Under the pieces are notes generated by a model, which saw nothing but the letters and a program-made list of their open reading frames with translations, did no database searches and had not been told where the DNA came from. A DNA stretch of 64,000 bases from an uncultured Gemmatimonadales bacterium (GTDB lineage: Bacteria > Gemmatimonadota > Gemmatimonadetes > Gemmatimonadales > GWC2-71-9): NCBI GenBank assembly GCA_963821525.1, contig CAWGED010000005.1, positions 64,001 through 128,000 of the forward strand, in the 5' to 3' direction. The translations under genes and the position numbers were made by a program. Shown in pieces: positions 20,578 to 30,391 of this stretch (the first letter of the stretch is position 1; every line of letters begins with the position of its first letter).

Positions 20578-21336
20578 TTACCAGCCGCCCCGCTTGAAGA
20601 GCACTACCGGGAGGGTCTTGACCATAATGCGGATGTCCTCCAGCAGACTCTGGCGGCGGAGATACTCGAAGTCGAACTGGAGCTTCTTGCGCACGTCGTC
20701 CAGGCACTCGTCGTACTGGCGGCTGACCTGAGCGAGGCCGGTGATCCCAGGGCGGACCCGCTGCCGGGCCTCGTAGTGCGGGATGCTCTTCCGCAGTTCG
20801 GTGAAAATACTGGGCCGTTCGGGACGCGGCCCCACGATGTTCATATCGCCCTTCAGCACGTTGAACAGCTGGGGGAGCTCGTCGAGCCGGTAGGCCCGGA
20901 GCCAGCGGCCCACTGCGGTGACCCGCGGGTCTTCCCTCGCCGCCCATACCGCGCCCGACAAATGCTCGGCGTTCACGCACATCGTGCGGAACTTGTAGAT
21001 CAGGAAGACTCTGCCGCCGAGGTCATGCGCCCGCTTGTGCTGTTCAGGTGCGGTCCGCGACCAGCGCCGGTCCAGCCCAACCCGGGTCTGGGTGTAGAAC
21101 ACCGGACCGCGGGAGGTGAGCTTCACCGCCAGCGCGAGGAAGAACATGAGCGGCGACACGAAGACGAGGGCGACCAGCGCAAGGCTGAAGTTCATCGCCC
21201 GGTTCACCGTTTCGGAGCGGGCCGCCGGCTCCACCGCCTGGTCGGGTTCCCCGACGAGGCGGAGCCATCGATCTCGGGTGGTTGGAGTCTTGACGCGTGA
21301 GCCGGTCGCCGACGCCATTGAGGATCCTGGAGTCAT
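20578..21336 (-). CDS. Priming sugar transferase (polyprenyl-phosphate glycosylphosphotransferase)
   Basis: YKFRTM, DPRVT, LDELPQLFNVLKGDMNIVGPRPER, PGITGLAQV. Confidence 0.95.
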   Translation of the reverse strand: MTPGSSMASATGSRVKTPTTRDRWLRLVGEPDQAVEPAARSETVNRAMNFSLALVALVFVSPLMFFLALAVKLTSRGPVFYTQTRVGLDRRWSRTAPEQHKRAHDLGGRVFLIYKFRTMCVNAEHLSGAVWAAREDPRVTAVGRWLRAYRLDELPQLFNVLKGDMNIVGPRPERPSIFTELRKSIPHYEARQRVRPGITGLAQVSRQYDECLDDVRKKLQFDFEYLRRQSLLEDIRIMVKTLPVVLFKRGGW

Positions 21337-21342
21337 CCGTGT

Positions 21343-22164
21343 CTAGTTGAAGAGACCGAACAGCCTTCCGAGTCCATACAAACTGATGATGAGGGCCGGG
21401 ATGATCGCGACCGTACGTAAAGTCGTAAGCCAGTTCGTCGTGCTCTTGGTTCCGACCTCGATCTCATCTCCTGCCCGCAGATTCAGTGCATCCAACGTCC
21501 GTCCCACGGTAATCGCCTCGTAGAACACTTCCTTGGCAACGATCTCTTCTTCTCCACGCTTGATCGTTGAATTATGCAGATCGGTCGCGTTCCCGATCCC
21601 GCCGGCCGCCTGAAGAGCATCGCTCAAAAGCATGCCGGAGTCCAGTTGGTAGAAACCCGGCTTGCTGACACCTCCCAGTACCGAGAGCCGGATCAGAGAC
21701 CGGGCCTCCACCTCGGGGTTCTTGATCCATTTGGACAGCTGCTGCTTGAGGTAGTCGTTCACCTCGGACCGTAGCACGCCGGTCATCGGGATGTCGCCGT
21801 AGTTGGCGATCGAGATAATCTTCCCAGGACCCACGGTCATCGTGCCGCTCAAGGTGGAATCTCCCTCGACGTGCACGGTGATCTGATCGCCTACCTGAAA
21901 GTCTCCCTCCCGCAAACGCTCGCGTATCAGGGCCGCTTCGGCCCGTTTCTGATCGCGGAGCTCCGCACTGTATCCGTCGGATGCGGCTATCTGCTCGGCC
22001 TGGGTCAGGGCTGATTCGAGATCGGCCCGGGTGGCGATCGGCTTTCGGCCAGCGTCATCGGCGGGGAGCGAATCCTGGCCGGTAAGTCTGGCCGGAGCCA
22101 AGGCCAGTAGAACCAGGAGAAAACTCCAACGCCGCGAAGGCACCACCCTCGATCCCAAAGTCAT
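21343..22164 (-). CDS. Polysaccharide export protein (Poly_export/SLBB, Wza-like)
   Basis: Signal peptide, FQVGDQI, VLGGVSKPGFY, LRAGDEI, C-terminal amphipathic helix. Confidence 0.8.
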   Translation of the reverse strand: MTLGSRVVPSRRWSFLLVLLALAPARLTGQDSLPADDAGRKPIATRADLESALTQAEQIAASDGYSAELRDQKRAEAALIRERLREGDFQVGDQITVHVEGDSTLSGTMTVGPGKIISIANYGDIPMTGVLRSEVNDYLKQQLSKWIKNPEVEARSLIRLSVLGGVSKPGFYQLDSGMLLSDALQAAGGIGNATDLHNSTIKRGEEEIVAKEVFYEAITVGRTLDALNLRAGDEIEVGTKSTTNWLTTLRTVAIIPALIISLYGLGRLFGLFN

Positions 22165-22242
22165 GGACCCGCCTCCGTTGCATCCAATATGCTAGCGGCC
22201 GCGCCAATCGCGACTGGCTGGGGGAGACTTAAACTAATTTGC

Positions 22243-22258
22243 TGCAATACTTTTACCG
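22243..22258 (-). promoter_or_regulatory. Putative sigma-54 promoter for the export/sugar transferase/exosortase operon
   Basis: Minus strand CGGTAAAAGTATTGCA, GG-N10-GC with TTGCA, ~80 nt upstream of ATG 22164. Confidence 0.45.
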
Positions 22259-22633
22259 AATAGTGCCCGATCTGCGCAACACGGCCTCGGACTTCTGTGG
22301 GCCCGGCGCCGCATTCATTGCCGCGTCTACGCAACGAATAGGCCGTGGCTGACACTGTCTAGGGTAGAATTTCATCCTCGGGGTGCCGACCCCTGGAATA
22401 CCCCCTTGACATCCCCTTCGAATTTTGGCGCAACTCGTTGTGGCGGCACTGCTTCCCAGCTTCCTGCATACTTGCCCGCATTGCGTCCTAAGGCTAAGTG
22501 CCTTATTGTCTTAAGCGCGTTGGAACCATTCGCATGAGACCTGCAGGCACCGTGAAGCGTAAGGCGCCGCTCCCCTCGAACTGCCAGAAGTCCCTGAGAA
22601 GGGTTCGGCCAAGGCCCTCAGCATCGAGAGTCA

Positions 22634-23582
22634 ATGCCCGATCGCGACATGTCGCAGCGTCCCCCGCTGGTTTTGATCGCTAACGACCAGGAGTGGTCGG
22701 CTCGCTCTCTCGAAAGCATCCTCGCTCCGAACGGCTACGCCGTGCTTCGGGCCTACACCGGTATTCAGGCCTTGGAGCGCGCCCGCACCGCACGGCCTGA
22801 TCTCGTCATCCTCGATGCCCAAATGCCGGACGTTCACGGGGTGGACGTTTGCCGTGAGCTCCGCAATGATCCGCGATTCAGCGCCACCACTCCGATCATC
22901 ATTACTACCGCCGGCCCTTCCGGGCGCACTCAGCGTCTCGAGGCTTACCGCGCCGGCGCCTGGGAGTTTCTGGGCCAGCCGCTCGACGGGGAAGCCCTTC
23001 TCCTCAAGCTGGAGACTTTCCTCAAGTCAAAGCTTGAGGTGGACCGGATCCGCGATGAAAACCTGCTGGATCATCCGAGCGGGCTATACAACATGCGGGG
23101 ACTATCCCGCCGTGCTCGTGAGATAGGTTCGGAAGCCGTGCGCCTCCGCCAGGCGCTGGCCTGCGTCGTATTCGCCCCGGAGCCGGGAACCGAGCCGGAA
23201 ACGACCGATACTCTCGCTTTGAAAATCGGGGAACAGGTAGGCAAGGTTCTGCGGGAGAGCGGTCGGGCTTCCGATGCTATCGGACGCTTGGGGCCCTGCA
23301 GAATTCGCGGTGATTGCCCCGGCGACGGAAGCTCAGGGCGCCGTCAGAATGGTCGAGCGCTTGGGCGATGTGCTGGAGCGAATGCCGATCTCGAATGGGA
23401 CCGTTGACCATACCCTGCGAGTTCGGGCGGGGTACTGCGCGGTTCCCGATTTTGCGGCTTCCCCGGTCGATGCCGTCGAGATGCTGCTGCGCGCTACTTC
23501 GGCGCTCCGCCATCTGCGTGCGGAAGGCAATAACGATCGGGTCCGTGCCTTCGAACAACTTCCGGTAACTCCCCTCCACTAA
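22634..23582 (+). CDS. Receiver domain plus degenerate GGDEF protein, frameshift at ~23292
   Basis: PDLVILDAQMP receiver; DHPSGLYN, RASD...GPAEF, VRAGYC, LLRATSAL. Confidence 0.8.
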
Positions 23583-25981
23583 GCTCCGTTCCCGTTTTCC
23601 GACTTCCCCGCCAGTTGCGGGGCAGCGTCCTCGTCGGCGGTGTATCCGTACAGGTAGGAGTAGTACCGGTAGATGCCCTCGGCCTGGATGTCGTTGAGCA
23701 CCGCGCCCAGCACGCGAACCGGCAACCGGTCCAGCAGGCGCAGCTTGGCATCCGCCATCTGCCGATCGGTTTCACCGGAGCGGAAGACCAGCATCAGGTG
23801 GCCGGTGGCAGTGCCGAGCACGAAGGGATCGATACCGGCGCCGAGGGGAGGGCTGTCCACGATCACCACGTTGAAGCGGCTCTTCACTGCGGAGATCAGA
23901 TTGACCATCGCGGCGGATCCCAACAGCTCGGGCCCATGGTGGCGCCGCGTTCCGCAGGGGATGACTGACAGGCCTTTGTGCGGACTTGGACGGATGATGC
24001 CGTCTATAGTCGCCTGCCCGGTGAGATAGTCGAGCAGTCCGGGCCTGCGGTCTACCCCAAACATCCGGTGCAATTCGCCCCGGCGGATATCACCATCGAT
24101 AAGGAGCGTCTTGTAGCCGGCCTCGCCGAACGAAACCGCGAGGTTGGAGGAGACGAGGGACTTGCCGTCACCCGCGCCAGGGCTCGAGACGGTGAGCAGC
24201 ACCGGGCCAGCCGCACCATAGGAGTGGGCCAGGTTGAGGCGGATAGTTCGGAAGGCTTCGACTACCTGGGAAGCCTCCTCCGGCTTCAATTCGCCCTTCT
24301 TGCTCTTCCGGATTGCCGGGATTGCGCCGAGGATGCTCAAGCCGAGCTCGCGCGACACCTGCTCCGGATAGCGGAACCGCTTGTCCAGCTGGTCGAGCAG
24401 CAGAGCGAGACCCACGGCGAGGCCCAGACTGGCGGCGAAGGCCATGAAGATGATCTTCGGCGCGCTGTTGCTGCTGGGCTTCTGCGGGATGGTGGCCCGG
24501 TCGAGGATCTTGAGGTCGGGGATGGCGGAGACCTCAGAGAGCTTGGCCTCTTCATACCGCTCCTGAAGCGTCTTGAAGAGGTCCTCTGCCGCCGAGAAGT
24601 CCCGCACCAACCTCGTTTCGGTGGTGGCCCGCGCCGGGACCTGTTCCAATCCCTTCCCAGCCACATTGATGCGCTTCTCGAGATCTGCTTCCTGTACCTT
24701 CAGCTGATCGATCAGGGCCTGGGCGAGTGTGGGGATTGTCTGGGTCTTCAGGATCTCGAGGTTGGCGAGATTCTGCTGGATCCCGCGGTACTCATCGGTA
24801 TAGCGATACCGCAGCGCCCGGGTATCCGCCTCGAGGTTGGACACCTCGGTGAGAGCACGCACCAGATCGGGCGCCTGACGCACGGCGCCGATGGTCTGGA
24901 AGGCATCTACCGTGATGGCGCCTCCCTTGGCCCGCGCGAGCACATCCTCGATCTGCTTCCGGTCGGTGCGCAGCGCCTCAAGCTGCGTCTTCTTGGTAAA
25001 GAAGTCGGTGGTGACCGCCTGGGAAGTCGTTGACAACCCGCCGGGTACCGGTACTCCTTCCGTCGGCTCGGTGATGGTACCGACCCTGAAGCCCTCCAAC
25101 TTGGTTTCGGCCTCCTTCAAGTTGCGAGCGGCGATCACCAACTGGGAGTCGAGCGCCAGGCGCATCTCGACCAGCTTGCTGCGCTTCAGCTCGGCCGCGA
25201 TGTCCACGAACTGGTCGGTAATCGCGTTGAGTTGAGGAGCCAGCCCGTAGCGCTCCTCGCCATTGAGTGAGATGCGGAGGAAGTTGGCGTCCTCGGCCGC
25301 CATCGAGGTCTTGAGGTTCTCCATCAAATCATTGGAGACCTCGCGAGGGTTCTTGAGCGTGAACGCGATGGTCTTGCCCTTCCGGAGCTGCTGCGCCGTC
25401 GGTGCCCAGCGCCAGCCGAGCTTCTCACCGATCGAGTCGCCAACCGTCCCGGAAGCGATTTCCGCCCCGCTGCGGGAGAGAGTCCAGTGAGATCCGGTCG
25501 GGTCGGTCTTAATGGTGAAATCGCCGGTGTGGAATTTGTCGGCGATATCGAAACCGGTGAAAGCGATGCTGTCGGCCCGGTCCTTTGTAGTCAGGTAGAG
25601 GCGCTGCCGGTGGACGACGGGATCGAACACCACGTAGGTCTTGAGCAATTCGGTCCAGGCCTGCTGAGCAAGTAGCTGACCCGGCCGGATCGGGCCGGTC
25701 TTGCCGCCGCCTTCCTCAATCCAGATGGTGGCCTTGGCGGTGTAAATCGGAGGCAGGAACCTGGTGGCGACAACTCCACCGGCAGTCCCGAGCAGAACGA
25801 TCAGCAGCATCAGCCACTTGTAGCGCCGCAGCGCCGCCGTGTAACGGCCCCAGTTGACCTTATCGTCATCCACCGCTGGAGCGCCCATGGCAGCCGCCAT
25901 GGTTCCCGCCTGGGGAACCATTTCGATCTCAACGTCCGGCTCTTCGGGCGATCGGTTAGCGGGGATCAGAGTATCGGCCAT
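23579..25981 (-). CDS. wzc: Polysaccharide co-polymerase tyrosine autokinase
   Basis: Two TM segments, coiled coil, EAFRTIR, Walker A SPGAGDGKS, IDGDIRR, VDSPP, Tyr cluster YRYYSYLYGY. Confidence 0.92.
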   Translation of the reverse strand: MADTLIPANRSPEEPDVEIEMVPQAGTMAAAMGAPAVDDDKVNWGRYTAALRRYKWLMLLIVLLGTAGGVVATRFLPPIYTAKATIWIEEGGGKTGPIRPGQLLAQQAWTELLKTYVVFDPVVHRQRLYLTTKDRADSIAFTGFDIADKFHTGDFTIKTDPTGSHWTLSRSGAEIASGTVGDSIGEKLGWRWAPTAQQLRKGKTIAFTLKNPREVSNDLMENLKTSMAAEDANFLRISLNGEERYGLAPQLNAITDQFVDIAAELKRSKLVEMRLALDSQLVIAARNLKEAETKLEGFRVGTITEPTEGVPVPGGLSTTSQAVTTDFFTKKTQLEALRTDRKQIEDVLARAKGGAITVDAFQTIGAVRQAPDLVRALTEVSNLEADTRALRYRYTDEYRGIQQNLANLEILKTQTIPTLAQALIDQLKVQEADLEKRINVAGKGLEQVPARATTETRLVRDFSAAEDLFKTLQERYEEAKLSEVSAIPDLKILDRATIPQKPSSNSAPKIIFMAFAASLGLAVGLALLLDQLDKRFRYPEQVSRELGLSILGAIPAIRKSKKGELKPEEASQVVEAFRTIRLNLAHSYGAAGPVLLTVSSPGAGDGKSLVSSNLAVSFGEAGYKTLLIDGDIRRGELHRMFGVDRRPGLLDYLTGQATIDGIIRPSPHKGLSVIPCGTRRHHGPELLGSAAMVNLISAVKSRFNVVIVDSPPLGAGIDPFVLGTATGHLMLVFRSGETDRQMADAKLRLLDRLPVRVLGAVLNDIQAEGIYRYYSYLYGYTADEDAAPQLAGKSENGNGA

Positions 25982-26040
25982 TCTGCTCCGGATTGCTTAG
26001 GAATCGAGCAAGCTGCTCGTAATCAAGACGCCCGACCTCA

Positions 26041-26056
26041 CGCAAAGTCGGTACCG
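26041..26056 (-). promoter_or_regulatory. Sigma-54 promoter upstream of wzc
   Basis: Minus strand CGGTACCGACTTTGCG, GG-N10-GC, ~60 nt upstream of ATG 25981. Confidence 0.55.
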
Positions 26057-26151
26057 AACAGGGCTTTTTGTGCGGGCGAAATATACGGGGCGGCTGATTG
26101 CGAGGTCGTGACAAACCGGCCTCTACAGGAGTTGGCCGTTCTGTGGCGACA

Positions 26152-26167
26152 TGGCATCAGTGTTGCG
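26152..26167 (+). promoter_or_regulatory. Sigma-54 promoter upstream of the activator operon
   Basis: TGGCATCAGTGTTGCG, near consensus. Confidence 0.65.
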
Positions 26168-26229
26168 TATCAGCAACAGCCAGAATCGGGTAATACCACA
26201 CGGTGTTGCTTGATTTGTGCTATAGGGTG

Positions 26230-26245
26230 TGGTACTAAAGATGCT
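26230..26245 (+). promoter_or_regulatory. Second sigma-54-like promoter
   Basis: TGGTACTAAAGATGCT, GG-N10-GC. Confidence 0.5.
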
Positions 26246-26371
26246 GTGAGTGACCCATCCCGCGGGTCCCGCGGGGACTCGCAAGCCAAAGTGTCCGAGC
26301 ACGACTGCGCGCCACAGTTGAAGGACCGCACGCGCGGGCGTGTGGGTCGGGCGCATCACAGGAGCCGTGCA

Positions 26372-27898
26372 ATGGGATCGAGCATCGCTGACGCGAATCG
26401 TCGACCGGAACCCCCGCCAGGGGAGATCGGCGGCCGCGATCCGCTTGCTATCCCCGCCGAAGTCAAAGCCAGCATCAGGATCCTCGTCGTTGACGATGAG
26501 CGTACTCTGCGGGAGAGCTGCGCCAGCGTCCTGCAGATGGACGGGTATAACGTCACGCTGATCGGACGGGGCGAAGAAGCTCTCGACACAGTCAAGCGCC
26601 GCAAGTTCGACATCATCCTTGTCGATCTCTACATGTCCCAGACGTCCGGGATGGATATTCTCCGGACCGCGCTGGAGCACAATCGCGATACGATCGTCGT
26701 CGTCATGACCGGAAATCCCAGCGTCGCGAGCAGCATTGAGGCGCTGCGAGCCGGTGCCTGGGACTACCTCCCCAAGCCCTTCTCGGCAACTCACCTCCAG
26801 GTGCTGATCGGCCGCGCCTCCCACGCGGTGATGGTCTCACGGGAGACTCGGGACCTGCGCCTGCAGCTGATGAAGCAGAACGGGCACAGCGACAAGATTG
26901 CCCTCATCGGGATCTCTCCGCTGTTCCGCAAGGCCGTGGATCTGGCGCGCAAGGTGGCCGCGACCGATGCCTCGGTCTTCATCAGCGGGGAGAGCGGTAC
27001 GGGTAAGGAAGTGATCGCCCAATTCATCCATCAGCACAGCCGCCGGGTTGGCCGAACCCTGGTTCCGATCAACTGCGCTGCCCTCCCGGAGCCGCTGCTC
27101 GAGTCGGAGATGTTCGGCCATCGGAAGGGTGCGTTCACCGGGGCCGACCGCGACAAGCCGGGTCTGCTGGAAACCGCCAATGGCGGGACGCTCTTCCTCG
27201 ACGAGATCACCGAGATGTCGATGCCGCTGCAGGCCAAACTGCTGCGGGTCATTCAGGATGGAGTGGTGCGCAGGGTAGGTAGTGAGAGCCAGGACGCCCA
27301 AGTGGACGTCCGGTTCATCTCCGCCACGAATCGGGATCCCCAGGACGCGGTGAACTCAGGCGTATTGCGTGGCGACCTCTTCTATCGCCTGCGGGTCGTG
27401 CCCATCAAGCTGCCGCCGCTGCGCAAGCGGCCGGAAGACATTCCGCTGCTCGCCAATCACTTCCTGACCTACTACTGGCAACGCCATCGCCAGATGGGCG
27501 ATCGGGTGCCCAAGCTGAGCGAGGCGAGCATCGTGTTCCTCCGCTCCCGACCCTGGCGGGGCAACGTCCGGGAGCTGCAGAACGTCATCGAGCATGTGGC
27601 GGTGCTGGCGGAACCGGATCAGGTCATCCAGCCCAACGATATTCCGATCTACGAAGACGCCAGCGAATGGCCGTCCGAGGGCGTCATTTCCACCGCGGTA
27701 ATGGACGACGCATATCACCTGGCCAAGGACCGAATCGTCGCCCAGTTCGAGAAAGAGTACCTCACCACGGCTGATCGGCCGGGCCGGCGGCAACATGTCG
27801 AAGGCGGCGCGGCTGGCCAGCATCGATCGGACGACTCTCTACCGCCTCATGGACAAGCACAGCTTCCATCGCGACGAGCTGCGGGGACGCCTGAGTGA
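26372..27898 (+). CDS. NtrC-family sigma-54-dependent response regulator (compensating frameshifts ~27765 and ~27872)
   Basis: CAGGAG RBS; VVDDE, DLYM, GESGTGKE, GAFTGA, WRGNVRELQN; HTH NMSKAARLASIDRTTLYRL in alternate frame. Confidence 0.92.
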   Translation: MGSSIADANRRPEPPPGEIGGRDPLAIPAEVKASIRILVVDDERTLRESCASVLQMDGYNVTLIGRGEEALDTVKRRKFDIILVDLYMSQTSGMDILRTALEHNRDTIVVVMTGNPSVASSIEALRAGAWDYLPKPFSATHLQVLIGRASHAVMVSRETRDLRLQLMKQNGHSDKIALIGISPLFRKAVDLARKVAATDASVFISGESGTGKEVIAQFIHQHSRRVGRTLVPINCAALPEPLLESEMFGHRKGAFTGADRDKPGLLETANGGTLFLDEITEMSMPLQAKLLRVIQDGVVRRVGSESQDAQVDVRFISATNRDPQDAVNSGVLRGDLFYRLRVVPIKLPPLRKRPEDIPLLANHFLTYYWQRHRQMGDRVPKLSEASIVFLRSRPWRGNVRELQNVIEHVAVLAEPDQVIQPNDIPIYEDASEWPSEGVISTAVMDDAYHLAKDRIVAQFEKEYLTTADRPGRRQHVEGGAAGQHRSDDSLPPHGQAQLPSRRAAGTPE

Positions 27899-28942
27899 CC
27901 GTATGGCGCTCACTCGACGAGGCCGTGAGCCACGTCGAGGCTGGATGGCAACAGGTCGTCGAAGACAGCCCAGCCCAGGAGGAAGTTCGCACCCATCTGG
28001 TGCAACTCGCCGGGGCGATTCGCGCCGCCGCCGACGGCGGTGAGCCGTTGACGGACGAGGTTCCTCGCACCGTCCTGACCCGCCGCCTCCTCGAACTGAT
28101 CCGCCGTGAGCTGCTGGAAAGAATCCGGCGGGATCCCGAACCTCCCGACAGCAAATCCATCCTCACGGTCCTCGGCGCCATCGAACAGGTGCACGCCCGG
28201 CTGGAGCCGGACTGGGCGCAGCACTTCGCCGATCGCCTGTCGGGGCCCGACGGTCTGGAGCTCGTGGTGGAGGTCGCGCACGACCTCCGGTCGCCACTGA
28301 CCTCGATCCTGTTCCTGGCGGAGACCCTGCAACGGGGGCGGAGCGGGAACATCAATGCTGTGCAGGAGCGCCAGCTCGGCCTGATCTACAGCGCGGCGTT
28401 TGGTCTCAGCTCTCTCGCGAGCGATGTCATCGAGCTGGCGCGGGGAGGTGACCGTCTCGTGGATCTGGATCCGATTCCCTTTTCCATCAGCGACATCCTG
28501 GAATCGGTGAGAGACATCGTGCAGCCCATCGCGGAAGAGAAGGGTCTGACGGTGCGGCTGGAGGCTCCGGAGTCGGACTTCCGGGTGGGTCACCCGGTCG
28601 CGCTCTCGCGGGTCCTGCTCAACCTGACGACCAACGCACTCAAGTTCACCTCGGAAGGGTTTGTCGAGGTGGCCGGCAAGCAGCTGGACGACACCCGCGT
28701 TGAGTTCTCGGTGCGGGATACCGGGCGCGGGATTCCCTCTCAGGCGATGCTGACGCTTGTTCGAGCCATTCCGCCGGCGTCAGAAGCAGGGCGAGTACGC
28801 GTTCTCCGGCGCCGGACTCGGTCTGTCGATTTGTCGGAAGCTGGTCGAGGCGATGCGCTCAACCCTCCGGGTGGAAACCGCACCCGACTTCGGCACCCGG
28901 TTCTACTTCGAGCTTGCCCTTCCTCTGGCGGACGATCACTGA
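27895..28942 (+). CDS. Cytoplasmic sensor histidine kinase, frameshift at ~28757
   Basis: H-box AHDLRSPL, N-box NLTTNALKF, DTGRGI, then FEPF, GAGLGLSI in the next frame. Confidence 0.88.
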
Positions 28943-30063
28943 TGACCAGCCTGCTGCATGTTGTCGGGGCTCGGCCGAACTTCATGAAGGTCGCCCCCGT
29001 GCTCCGCGCCGCTGCTGCACTGCCTGGTACCCGGCAGTGGCTGGTCCACACCGGCCAGCACTACGACGCGGCGATGAGCGACAGCTTCTTCGCCGACCTG
29101 GAGCTCCCGGAGCCCGAAGTCAACTTGGGTGTAGGGTCGGCCACCCACGCGGTTCAGACCGGGCGGATCATGATCGAGTTCGAGCCGGTTCTCGATCGGC
29201 TCAAGCCCGATTGGGTCGTGGTCTATGGCGACGTGAACTCAACCGTCGCCTGTGCCCTCGTTGCGTCCAAGAAGAGAGTGAAGGTTGCCCACGTCGAGGC
29301 TGGGCTGCGCAGCCGAGACCGAGACATGCCGGAAGAGATCAACCGCATCCTCACCGACCAGCTGGCTGACCTCTGCCTCACGCCCAGCCGCGACGGCGAC
29401 GCCAATCTGGCTCAGGAAGGCATTGCCCCGGAGCGGATCCGCTTCGTCGGAAACGTGATGGTTGACACGCTGCTGCATCTCCAGAGCCGAGCCCGGGAGC
29501 TTCGGGCACCAGAGACCTACGGAGTGGCGGGAAAGCCCTATGCGTTCGTGACCCTGCACCGGCCATCGAACGTTGATCAACGGGAAACCCTTGCCGAACT
29601 GTTGAACGCTCTGGATGATCTCGCGGGCCAGATGCCGGTGGTGTTCCCCATACATCCGAGGACCCGGCAGAGAATCCAGGACTTTGGTCTCAGCGACATC
29701 GCGCGGCGGGTGACCCTGCTCGAGCCGCTGGGGTATCTGGAAGCCCTGTCCCTGGTGGAGAAAGCGAGCCTGGTGCTCACCGACTCTGGGGGGCTTCAGG
29801 AAGAGACCACGGTCCTCGGGGTACCTTGTCTCACCGCCCGGTCCAACACCGAACGTCCGGTCACCGTTACCGAGGGGACGAACCGCCTCGTCGCCTCAAC
29901 CCGCTCGGCGATCAACGCTGCCGTGGCCGACGTGCTCTCCCGCCTGGGCAACGGAAGCTTCCGGCCGGGACGCCCCGAAGGGTGGGACGGCCGGGCAGGG
30001 GAGCGCGTTGCGGCCGCACTGGTCGAGCCCTCCGCCCTACCAGCCGCGGGGGCTCGTCGATAG
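28942..30063 (+). CDS. wecB: UDP-N-acetylglucosamine 2-epimerase (non-hydrolysing)
   Basis: VGARPNFMK, HTGQHYD, HVEAGLRS, MPEEINR, TDSGGLQEE; TGATG coupling to the kinase. Confidence 0.95.
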   Translation: MTSLLHVVGARPNFMKVAPVLRAAAALPGTRQWLVHTGQHYDAAMSDSFFADLELPEPEVNLGVGSATHAVQTGRIMIEFEPVLDRLKPDWVVVYGDVNSTVACALVASKKRVKVAHVEAGLRSRDRDMPEEINRILTDQLADLCLTPSRDGDANLAQEGIAPERIRFVGNVMVDTLLHLQSRARELRAPETYGVAGKPYAFVTLHRPSNVDQRETLAELLNALDDLAGQMPVVFPIHPRTRQRIQDFGLSDIARRVTLLEPLGYLEALSLVEKASLVLTDSGGLQEETTVLGVPCLTARSNTERPVTVTEGTNRLVASTRSAINAAVADVLSRLGNGSFRPGRPEGWDGRAGERVAAALVEPSALPAAGARR

Positions 30064-30103
30064 ATTGTTCCCCGCACAGACGCGAGACGCCGACTCGGGA
30101 GCC

Positions 30104-30352
30104 ATGAGGCCCCAGTTGCTCCGGCCCTCGCGACTGGCACTCCCGGACCGGCCGACCCGCCCAGAGTCCGCGACAATCGGCGACCCGGCCGACCCCTCGC
30201 GTAGCCTCCATTTGGTCGAGACCATCATGTGCGGCAATGCCGTCATCCGGGGGTTCGCGCTCCGCGGCATTGTGCCGCCGTTCAGGATTCTCCAAGCGTC
30301 TCTCTGCGGCCGGCGACTTCCCGAAGATCCGGGTCCGGGAAGATCTCCGTAG
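30104..30352 (+). CDS. Possible small hypothetical protein (82 aa)
   Basis: GGGAG RBS before ATG 30104; fills the wecB-NYN gap on the same strand; no recognisable motif. Confidence 0.3.
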   Translation: MRPQLLRPSRLALPDRPTRPESATIGDPADPSRSLHLVETIMCGNAVIRGFALRGIVPPFRILQASLCGRRLPEDPGPGRSP

Positions 30353-30391
30353 CAGCGCCAGAGACGCGAGGAAGCTGGAGTTCAACCTCTC

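Noticed and set aside
27895..30063. Apparent histidine kinase-WecB fusion (722 aa ORF)
   Set aside because: The kinase G2 box continues in another frame from ~28757 and stops at 28942, overlapping a separate wecB ATG; indel artefact
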